64,000 bases of DNA from positions 11,393 to 75,392 of the forward strand of contig CADCLZ010000001.1 of NCBI GenBank assembly GCA_902802365.1, given 5' to 3'. Origin of the DNA: an uncultured Erysipelotrichaceae bacterium. GTDB lineage: Bacteria; Bacillota_I; Bacilli_A; RFN20; CAG-826. Position numbers and translations under genes: made by a program. The notes under the pieces were generated by a model. The model did not search any database. It worked only from the letters and a program-made list of their open reading frames with translations, and was not told the DNA's origin. Within the stretch, counting starts at the first letter, position 1. Every line of letters begins with the position of its first letter. Shown in pieces: positions 29,222 to 36,966 of this stretch.

Positions 29222-29518
29222 CTAAACCCTCTTGAACAGGTCCCTCGTATAGACTTTATCCTTCACGTCGTCCAGACAGGGATCGTACCGATTCGCGATG
29301 ATCGCGTGGCTGGCTTTCTTGAACTCGGCCAGATCCTTGATGACCTCGCTCCCGAAGAACTCATCTTCCTTCAGGGTCGGCTCATAGACCACCACTTTGG
29401 CCCCTTTGGCTTTTGTTCTCTTCATGACGCCTTGGATCGCGGACGCCCGGAAATTGTCGGAGTTGCTCTTCATGATGAGGCGGTAGATGCCGGCGCCGGC
29501 GATCTTCACATTCTTCAT
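29222..29518 (-). pseudogene. C-terminal fragment of UDP-glucose/GDP-mannose 6-dehydrogenase
   Basis: 98 aa matching the UDPG_MGDP_dh_C end ([10 protein letters not shown]...[24 protein letters not shown]...). N-terminal about 300 aa missing. Confidence 0.6.
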
Positions 29519-29884
29519 ACCAGACCTCGTTATCTATGATAGGGTTCCGTTTTGCAACGAAAGCATTATAACAACATCTTTATTAAATGTTTGCTGCTTT
29601 AGCCGCCTTAACATTTTTTCGCGCTCGATAACGGGAAGATAAAACTTTTTCTAACCCCGATAACAAATAGGTCTGCCATTTTGGTCTAGTGGCATCAAAA
29701 CTGTACTAATTCACATGATGTGGCACCTTCCGGGAGAGAGACCATTGGGCGCCTAATCGCCCTGATCTCCTCCAAGAGCCTGATAGCCCCTTCAGCCTTG
29801 CTTCCATCGCGGCCGATTACGACCCATTACCTAAACTGGCGCATCTTTTACTGCCCGGATTGGTTATTTGCATGTTACCCTTAT

Positions 29885-30293
29885 CATTGGAGCACACCTG
29901 CGCCTCGTGGATGGGATCCCCTTCCACTCGCAGAGCTTACGGGGGTGACCCCTATCCCCGGCCTCTTCAGGCCGTTGAACCACTTCCTCCGGTGCTTCGG
30001 GGCGAAAACGACGTGGTGCTTACAGTCCCACCGGGTTTGGGCTAGACTTAGGTTGTCAGTCTTATCTGGCGTTTGGCTCCTTTCAGATGGCGCGTTGGTC
30101 CGCCCCATCGTGATAGGAGGCTTTTTGCGGAAGCTAAAAGCTCAATCGAGCTCCCAGACGATCGGGGAGTTTTCACTCGCTGGATGCTTTGCGTCGGCTC
30201 AGACAACAAAATCGCCGTCATGCAAAGACCGGACGCTCTTCTCCCTTTATACACCTTAGCCGAAGGAAAATATCTTTTTGCTTAGCCTCTTTG
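29885..30293 (-). mobile_element. Truncated IS200-family remnant, copy 2 (left end plus first about 60 tnpA codons)
   Basis: 30085-30293 matches 26856-27062 closely. 29893-30084 matches the tnpA 5' region of copy 1, with frameshifts (MGRTNAPSERS...WDCKHHVVFAPKHRRK). Same orientation as copy 1. Confidence 0.65.
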
Positions 30294-30387
30294 TTGGCGA
30301 TTTGAGGATTTACGTCGTCCATGCCGGAAAGGGCAAGCAAAATGTTAGTATCGATCAAAATCATCTTTGAAACTTAATCAGGGTTAT

Positions 30388-31482
30388 TTATAGCCGCTTC
30401 TTCCTCCAAAAGGGGGCAAATAAAGAAATCGCTTCTTCAATGCTCATTGATGGATTAATTCCATGCGATTCATCAAGAAAAACGCAGTTTATGAATTGGT
30501 CCATATAGAAATTGTGAACTCTCCGCGGGAAATGAGCGATAGGGGTTTCATAGAAGCTCTTAAATGTTTCAAAATGATCTAAAGACCCGAACCGTGACCA
30601 CGCTCGATATAATTCTTCTTCAGGTTTGATATCCACCACATATATTTGCTTCATGTGAGGTTCCCTTCGCTCCCAGGCCTTTTTAATTAGTTCGATTGCC
30701 AAGGCGTCGCTTTCAGGAGCGCTATAACCAATGAAAGTCAGCACCGAGGCGCTGTTTAAAAACGAATCAAGCGACTCCCACGACTTTTTTATGGCCGGGT
30801 CTTGATCATATCTTTTGTTTTTAACAGGGAAGAGAAGCTTTGATTTCCTGTAAGTTTCGCGCAAATCCGACCGGCAATCGGGATTTAAGCCAATCTTGGT
30901 TCCTTCCAATTTAACAATTTCCGCGACGTTCCCATGGAGAAAAAGCAGCATAGGAAGGCGTTCCCAACCAATCAGCTTTTCAATTCTACAATAAGCTTGA
31001 ACAATTAAAGGATCCCAGTTGAAGGTCGCAATTGCGTCGTTGTGATTCAACGACAAAATCAAATGATCGTACATCGTCGCGTGGTCGGGGATTCTGAATT
31101 GGGAATAAAAGTTATAAATTGCGTTATTCACCTCATCAAGAGCCTCTGAAAACTTGGTGTTTTCCTTTTGCCTGTCATATAACTCTGAGTAGATGGTTTC
31201 TAGATTGTCAGAATCGACTCTCAAACCCAATGAACGAATGTAGTCAGTTAGCCCCAATACATCCAAGAATCCAGCCATGCAGGATGATTTGTGACCAGTT
31301 TTGTCTCCATTCGGAATTGCTGCCATCGTGGCTCCTGCGCCTAAGACAACAATATTGGGACGAATGCGCCGGTTAAAAGGAACGGTCATGTTCCAAGAAT
31401 TATAAATGGAATAACCCGGGTTCTTGGGATCCATCATCTCCTTCAACCCTTTGATATATTGCAGGTACTCTTTTCCGTCCAT
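30388..31482 (-). CDS. SIR2-like (SIR2_2 / DUF4917-type) protein; putative NAD+-consuming effector
   Basis: IVVLGAGATMAAIPNG (GAG Rossmann-like NAD motif). LFLHGN (HG motif). TFIGYSAPESDALAI (hGYS..D motif of SIR2_2). GAGGAG RBS 6 nt upstream. Last gene of the four-gene operon. Confidence 0.5.
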   Translation of the reverse strand: MDGKEYLQYIKGLKEMMDPKNPGYSIYNSWNMTVPFNRRIRPNIVVLGAGATMAAIPNGDKTGHKSSCMAGFLDVLGLTDYIRSLGLRVDSDNLETIYSELYDRQKENTKFSEALDEVNNAIYNFYSQFRIPDHATMYDHLILSLNHNDAIATFNWDPLIVQAYCRIEKLIGWERLPMLLFLHGNVAEIVKLEGTKIGLNPDCRSDLRETYRKSKLLFPVKNKRYDQDPAIKKSWESLDSFLNSASVLTFIGYSAPESDALAIELIKKAWERREPHMKQIYVVDIKPEEELYRAWSRFGSLDHFETFKSFYETPIAHFPRRVHNFYMDQFINCVFLDESHGINPSMSIEEAISLFAPFWRKKRL

Positions 31483-31554
31483 AACTGCTCCTCTCTATAT
31501 TGATCAGTTTCCGAATAGACCGCTATGAAATGCAAAGGAACGGAAACCAGACCA

Positions 31555-33069
31555 TCACGAATGATCGTTTCTGCCTTTAAGGTGATTGACTAGCGACAAA
31601 ACGTCACGAAGCAAACGTTCGTCCGTGATGAAAAGCATAATCTTTGTACGCGCTCGGGTGAGACCTTGATACAAAAGCTTGTCAAAGATGTAATCATGGC
31701 TTGGGTGTTCAACCGATCTTAAAACCCCATTCTCATAGCAAAAATGGTTGTCCATTATCATGCACACGCCATCAAATTCTTGTCCTATAACCGAATGGGT
31801 ATTCAATCTCCCTTTTTGATAATCTAGCGAAGAATCATAGAAAGATGCTGTATAGGAGATGTAGGTAAAGCCAAGAGGCTCAGCTGCTTTTGCCCTCTTA
31901 ACCGCTTCTTGGGCGTCTGGTTCGAAATAAATCTGAACATTTGGGAATGAAAACGAAGGCTTGAAATGGTGTTTATTCCGCAAACACGAAATAAACAAAT
32001 CAATCTCTTCGTTTGTACGGATGCATTTTCTCAAGTTCGCGTGGTATTGACCACACAAATCTTCAATCCGATCAACGGTGTTTCTTTTCTCTTCCGAATG
32101 AGACAACTTCTGCCCCGAATCGTAAGAAAAGACGCAAATGGCTTTGGTTTTCTTAACCCATCGCTCGATTTTATCAAGGTGGGATTCGTAGAGGCGATGA
32201 GATTCATCAACCATGATGACTTCCGCTGACCTAATTTCTCGGTATCCCAATGCCTTTGCGGGAACAACAAGAAGGTTTTCGGACATTGTATTTAAGCTGT
32301 TGTGTCCTTCGCAAAGGAGCCCGGAGTGAACGATCATCACTTTTATCCCTTGATTCGCTAGATCTTTGGCAATGTCGTAGAGCAACAGCGTCTTTCCAGT
32401 GCCAGGGCCGCCCGTGAGACGAAAAAACTTATCCGCTGGACCAGAAAGTGCGTAAGAAAGAATTTCGCTTTTGATGTTTTCTTGGTGTTCGGTCAAGAAA
32501 TATTTTCCTTCCCAAAAGTCTTTGGGCGCATTCAAAGGCGAAATCAAAACGTTGAATGGTGAAAGAACGGCATCCGAGTCGGTGGCGCAGGGAACAAAGT
32601 CGGCAAGTTTAATGATTTCGGTGCCGAAAGCCCCTTCCTCCAAGTTGTCACCAACCAACTTAAAAAACCGACGATTTGACGAAACGAAACAATACGAGCA
32701 AACGTTCTTCCCCAAAATCTTTAAGTAATGCCGATTTTCAGTCAATTGCTTTTTTATCTGTTGATCCGGAACCATCATGCTTTTTAACTCAATATTTAAA
32801 ATCGTTTCATCGGTGATTTTCAGCAGATCAAATTCTTTGCCTAAATTGGGGATGACGTATCCCATGATAAAGCCGGACGCGGAACGTTCGGACCAACCCC
32901 CTTCTTTCAAAAGGGCTTTGACATCGAGGATTTCATTATGCCGATAACTTCCTTTTCCACCCGTTAGATAAGGAATGTACTCTTCGCTTAGTTCCTTGTT
33001 ATCGGCAAGTTTTATGAGATCGAATAATGAAACCAATTTATTGTTCATCTGCTCGTCTCGCTTTCTCAT
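31555..33069 (-). CDS. DUF2075-type SF1-helicase-like P-loop NTPase with N-terminal PD-(D/E)xK (NERD-like) nuclease motif
   Basis: N-terminus: EFDLLKITDETILNIELK (D...ExK). Walker [14 protein letters not shown]. Walker B VIMVDESHRL. Motif VI-like YQGLTRARTKIMLF. Start 33069 or 33048. Either one overlaps the upstream RloB-like stop (33038). Confidence 0.6.
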   Translation of the reverse strand: MRKRDEQMNNKLVSLFDLIKLADNKELSEEYIPYLTGGKGSYRHNEILDVKALLKEGGWSERSASGFIMGYVIPNLGKEFDLLKITDETILNIELKSMMVPDQQIKKQLTENRHYLKILGKNVCSYCFVSSNRRFFKLVGDNLEEGAFGTEIIKLADFVPCATDSDAVLSPFNVLISPLNAPKDFWEGKYFLTEHQENIKSEILSYALSGPADKFFRLTGGPGTGKTLLLYDIAKDLANQGIKVMIVHSGLLCEGHNSLNTMSENLLVVPAKALGYREIRSAEVIMVDESHRLYESHLDKIERWVKKTKAICVFSYDSGQKLSHSEEKRNTVDRIEDLCGQYHANLRKCIRTNEEIDLFISCLRNKHHFKPSFSFPNVQIYFEPDAQEAVKRAKAAEPLGFTYISYTASFYDSSLDYQKGRLNTHSVIGQEFDGVCMIMDNHFCYENGVLRSVEHPSHDYIFDKLLYQGLTRARTKIMLFITDERLLRDVLSLVNHLKGRNDHS

Positions 33070-33634
33070 TTTTCATCGACGCGACCGCTTTATCCATCGT
33101 CAAAGCAAAATTCGCACGATTATATCCTTCTAGACACGCTTCAGTGGAATAACTCAATTTGCCCTTAATCCGTTCATTCTTCAGATAGGCTTTCTTCGTG
33201 TTTTTAAAGTACATCGCGCGGTCAACTTTGTTTGCTTCTGGGTGTGAAACCTCTAACACCTGCTCAATGTTTTTGGAGAAGGCCATCGGCAAAAAGCCAT
33301 TCTTTTTGCACCACCGAATGAGCGCCTCGTTCTTTGCCTTCTCCGCTTTGCCTTTTGAATCGACGTCAAAGCAAATGATCGGAACGATCTCAAATAACTC
33401 CTTGGGATAGAACTGCCTCTTGGCCCGTTCGATTGCTTTGGTGGTGCTGGAAGAGATAATGTTCCCTTTGCCTGCGACATGAAGGAAGACGCGCTTTGCC
33501 GGATAACCAGATGCTCCGCCATATTGGAAATAAAGCCCATAATATGCATCGATCAGCGCGCTTAAATAAACGTTGTCGGTTTTAGCAAGCGAGGTCGTCT
33601 CGCACACGATGATCAAAGCGAGGGCTTTATTCAT
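33038..33634 (-). CDS. RloB/AbiLii-like protein (TOPRIM-like)
   Basis: Start set at M52 of the track ORF (ATG 33634), which overlaps the ATPase stop as GATGAATAA. ALIIVCETTS...NVYL (IVCEGxxTE-like). PIICFDVD (VFDRD-like). MAFSKNIEQVLEVSHPE (SNpcFElWllLH-like). Confidence 0.55.
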   Translation of the reverse strand: MNKALALIIVCETTSLAKTDNVYLSALIDAYYGLYFQYGGASGYPAKRVFLHVAGKGNIISSSTTKAIERAKRQFYPKELFEIVPIICFDVDSKGKAEKAKNEALIRWCKKNGFLPMAFSKNIEQVLEVSHPEANKVDRAMYFKNTKKAYLKNERIKGKLSYSTEACLEGYNRANFALTMDKAVASMKNEKARRADEQ

Positions 33635-34982
33635 CCTTTTGCTCGTCTCCAAAGATCTCCGCGAATTGATATTCGCTGATATTAAATGGAATTCCCAAAA
33701 TGAATCCACCCAAATAAGGCCCTTTGGGATTCTTTCTGGCGCCCCTGCTCCAGGGCACAATGCCGTTTCCTTCCGTAAGGAAATCAATAGAGTTTCCGGT
33801 TTTATTCAGTGGATCCATGATTTCGACGTTATGGGTGGTCATGACAATTTGGGCATCGCTTGAGAAGAGGAAATACTCAATCAGGACCGTGATATAAACA
33901 TCGTGGATATCGGAATCGATTTCATCAATGAAGACGATAGATCCCCGCGCGGCGGCCAAAAAGGCGTAGAAAAGCCTGGTGAGCTTTTTAATGCCTGTCG
34001 ACTCGAATTCATAATCCACTCTGAAGCCGCTTTGATAGCCATAAGTTAAATTGACGACAAGCGTGTCAACATCTTCTTTATAAGAGGGCTCAACCCGGAT
34101 GAGGCCCGGCTTCATAATTTTCAAAAAAGCAGCCAATTTTCCCAAAGAAGATTCAAAGGTCTTCTTTTCGGTTTTTTCGATAATGTCGAAGCAATCCCTA
34201 TGAAAGCTCTTTGTCATACCCTTTCTTTGCCGGTTGGTCATCCATCTTTGCAAGATTCCCAATCGTTGCTGCTCGTTTTTCTTATTTCGATCCATGAGCA
34301 GCTCCATCATTTTCTGAACGGCGAAGGATTCGTGGCTATCAGAGGTTTCACCGAAGAAGACAGAGATATTGGACGCACACAAAAATGCCTGAGCCAAAGT
34401 CATCAAGGAAGGAACGGGATCCTTCTCAATCGCCTTTTTGGCAAAAAGGTCCATCAGTAAAGAACCAGACAAAGTGTGTTTTGTAAAATCAACTTTGCTT
34501 TGATTCGCAAAGGATACAAAATCCGGCTTCCCGATGAATTCACCATTCCTCTGCCCGGCCAAGATATCGGACTCTTCCTTTTTGCTCAAACCGAAAATTT
34601 CCTCTTCGAAAATCCTTAAAGACCCGAATTCGTCGTACCCGATTTTCAGGGAATGGCTGAGGAATTTGTCTGGTTCGTCAGATTTACGACGAATCCGATA
34701 GGTCATCTGAATCGAGAGGCTCTTTCGGTTTTTGTTGATGAGCCTCGTTAAAATCGAGACGGTGGGCGAATCGTCCAAACTCGTTTCGTTTTTGGCGAGG
34801 CGGGCGTAGAAATCCGCTGCCAAAACAATTCCCGTTTTACCCACGCCATTGGCGCCATAAATCGCTTTGATCAATCCTTTGGTTTCTTTTTTCGTTGATC
34901 TGGGGTTGTCAAACTTAAGAGTGATATCCTCTTTGATGCTTTTGATTCCGCCGACGGACATGGACAATAATGTGATTCTCAT
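33627..34982 (-). CDS. ABC/OLD-family (AAA_15/AAA_21-type) ATPase lacking a TOPRIM domain; AbiLi/RloA-like
   Basis: N-terminus: MRITLLSMSVGGIKSIKE...AIYGANGVGKTGIV (Walker A). C-terminus: SIVFIDEIDSDIHD (Walker B/D-loop) and VMTTHN (H-loop). First gene of the operon. Confidence 0.7.
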   Translation of the reverse strand: MRITLLSMSVGGIKSIKEDITLKFDNPRSTKKETKGLIKAIYGANGVGKTGIVLAADFYARLAKNETSLDDSPTVSILTRLINKNRKSLSIQMTYRIRRKSDEPDKFLSHSLKIGYDEFGSLRIFEEEIFGLSKKEESDILAGQRNGEFIGKPDFVSFANQSKVDFTKHTLSGSLLMDLFAKKAIEKDPVPSLMTLAQAFLCASNISVFFGETSDSHESFAVQKMMELLMDRNKKNEQQRLGILQRWMTNRQRKGMTKSFHRDCFDIIEKTEKKTFESSLGKLAAFLKIMKPGLIRVEPSYKEDVDTLVVNLTYGYQSGFRVDYEFESTGIKKLTRLFYAFLAAARGSIVFIDEIDSDIHDVYITVLIEYFLFSSDAQIVMTTHNVEIMDPLNKTGNSIDFLTEGNGIVPWSRGARKNPKGPYLGGFILGIPFNISEYQFAEIFGDEQKDE

Positions 34983-34996
34983 AAATTTACATAAAA

Positions 34997-35051
34997 GTGA
35001 AATTTTTCACTTATTTGTTTATACTATATCACCATTCTATTTGTCTTTAAA
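34997..35051 (-). promoter_or_regulatory. Putative promoter (-35 TTTAAA, 17 nt, TGa-TATAGT) with perfect palindrome GTGAAATTTTTCAC in the leader
   Basis: Minus-strand reading: TTTAAA (35051-35046), extended -10 TGATATAGT (35031-35023). Palindrome at 34997-35010 lies between the -10 and ATG 34982. No obvious Shine-Dalgarno. Confidence 0.3.
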
Positions 35052-35578
35052 AGATTCAAATGAGTCCTCTATAATTAAATAGATTTTTAAAATGCTTTTT
35101 GGGCTGCTTTTTTGAAACAGGAAGCGAAAATTCGTGTTTTCATTTTTATTTCGGATGAGAAAGAGAAGATACATCCTTTAATTTTCGTAGAAGCTGGCCA
35201 AAAGTTCCGGGCAACCTAGGTTGGCATCTTCCATGGCTGCAAAAAGACCACGGAAGAATGCGGATGCTCAAGGGATGATTAGGCTAGTTTGAAAACATTC
35301 TCCGACTGCTTTTCAAAAAACACCTAATGGAAATGCGGCGTTTTTCAGATCAATCGCGTTTTTTATTTCTCTACCGTGATTTTTATGACAATAGAGCATG
35401 CAGCCCTTCTGAAATGAATAGTCAAAATCGAGGGTAAACGAAAAAATAAAAGGCGGCTAAGCCGTCTTCTACCGCGCGGGATAACCCCGGGCCCATAAAT
35501 ATCATATCACTTTTTAGAAGCGCGACTCATAAAACTGGCTTGTCGTGAAAAAGGTGCGATTTTCCACATCTTCAGGTT

Positions 35579-36301
35579 TTATTTGCAAAGGCTATGGGCG
35601 GCTTCGTCGACGTAGACAGTGACGTCGGGGTGCCTCTGGAGGATGCTGCAGGGCATTTCCTCGGTGATCGGCCCTTTGATGAGGCCATAGACCGCTTTCG
35701 CTTTGTTCGCCCCGGTGGCGATCAGGACGATCTTCCTCGCATTCATGATGGACTGAAGGCCCATCGTGACCGCCCTAACAGGAACTTCGGAAATGTCGTT
35801 GAACAACCTGGAATTGTCTTTGATGGTCTGCTCCGTCAACGCGGTTTCGTGGGTCAAAGAATCAAAAGGCGTCCCAGGCTCATTGAAGGCGATGTGGCCG
35901 TCGCTCCCGATGCCGAGGATCTGGATGTCGATGCCGCCGGCTTCTTCGATCTTTTGATCGTATCCCTCCATGAAGGAAACATAATCGCCAACCCCAAGTA
36001 GGACATTGGTTTTGCTTTTATCGATATCGACGTGGTTGAAGAGGTTCTCGTTCATGAAATAACGATAGGATTGGTTATGGGTTCCTTCCAAACCAACATA
36101 TTCATCGAGGTTGAAGGTCGTGACTCCCAAAAACGATACACGCCCCTCGTGGTTTGCCTTAATAAGATTGGCATAGACCTTCAATGGGGAGGTCCCTGTC
36201 GCCAATCCAAGAACGGGATGGCTTTTGCCATTTATCGTTTTGATGAATTCCTCCGCGATTTTCGCGGAGATCTCTTCTTCGCTTCCGATAACAACTTTCA
36301 T
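35579..36301 (-). CDS. nagB: Glucosamine-6-phosphate deaminase
   Basis: LGLATGTSP...DEY...GIGSDGHIAFNEPG. Collinear with NagB. Confidence 0.9.
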   Translation of the reverse strand: MKVVIGSEEEISAKIAEEFIKTINGKSHPVLGLATGTSPLKVYANLIKANHEGRVSFLGVTTFNLDEYVGLEGTHNQSYRYFMNENLFNHVDIDKSKTNVLLGVGDYVSFMEGYDQKIEEAGGIDIQILGIGSDGHIAFNEPGTPFDSLTHETALTEQTIKDNSRLFNDISEVPVRAVTMGLQSIMNARKIVLIATGANKAKAVYGLIKGPITEEMPCSILQRHPDVTVYVDEAAHSLCK

Positions 36302-36966
36302 TGTTTCTTCTCCACCACCACATTGGTCGATTTGACGATGCTGTTATTGGGATAGACGCCTCTAGTCATCGTCAAGGGATAGACTTGGGTGTTTTGGCCA
36401 ATGATGGTCCCTGGATTCAAAACGGAGTTGCAGCCGATATCAGCATGATCGCCCAAAAAAGAGCCGACCTTGCGGATTCCCGTATTAATGTCTTCCTCGC
36501 CGTGGATGACGACGGGTTTGCCGTCGCTTCTAAGGTTGGAGCAGATGCTTCCTGCGCCCATATGGGCGTAATTCCCAAGGATCGAATCGCCAACATAGTT
36601 ATAATGCGGGGCTTGGCAGTGACTTAGCAAAACCGCATTCTTGAATTCTGATGAATTGCCCAGCACGCATTGATCCCCGATCAAAACCAAACCGCGGATG
36701 AAACATCCGGGTCGGATTTCAACGTTGTTGCCGATGATGGCCGGCCCGATGATCGTCGCCGTGTCGGCGATCATCACGGTTTGACCAATAAGCGCATCAT
36801 CCTTAAGTTTCGTATAACCGGGGAGGCCTTTTTCAATCAAAGATTGAATATAAGGCTTAATAAGGGGTAGCAACTCCCAAGGATATTCTTTGGAGAAGAT
36901 GAAAGAGTCGATGTGCTCGATTCCGGAAGGGTGGAAAAGGCTCTTATTGGTGATCTTCATAGGCAT
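36298..36966 (-). CDS. Left-handed beta-helix (hexapeptide repeat) protein, GlmU C-terminal/acyltransferase-like
   Basis: Repeats IGPAIIGNNVEIRPGCFIRGLVLIGDQCVLG...IGCNSVLNPGTIIG. Translationally coupled between glmM-like and nagB. Confidence 0.5.
   Translation of the reverse strand: MPMKITNKSLFHPSGIEHIDSFIFSKEYPWELLPLIKPYIQSLIEKGLPGYTKLKDDALIGQTVMIADTATIIGPAIIGNNVEIRPGCFIRGLVLIGDQCVLGNSSEFKNAVLLSHCQAPHYNYVGDSILGNYAHMGAGSICSNLRSDGKPVVIHGEEDINTGIRKVGSFLGDHADIGCNSVLNPGTIIGQNTQVYPLTMTRGVYPNNSIVKSTNVVVEKKQ

Noticed and set aside
29655-29725. tRNA-like stretch (TGGTCTAGTGGC)
   Set aside because: Only a D-loop-like string. No T-arm (GTTCGAATC) and no acceptor-stem pairing.
29720-30259. 179-aa plus-strand ORF
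   Set aside because: Antisense across the IS200 remnant. The same sequence in copy 1 is the tnpA sense strand.
35594-36001. 135-aa plus-strand ORF
   Set aside because: Antisense to nagB.
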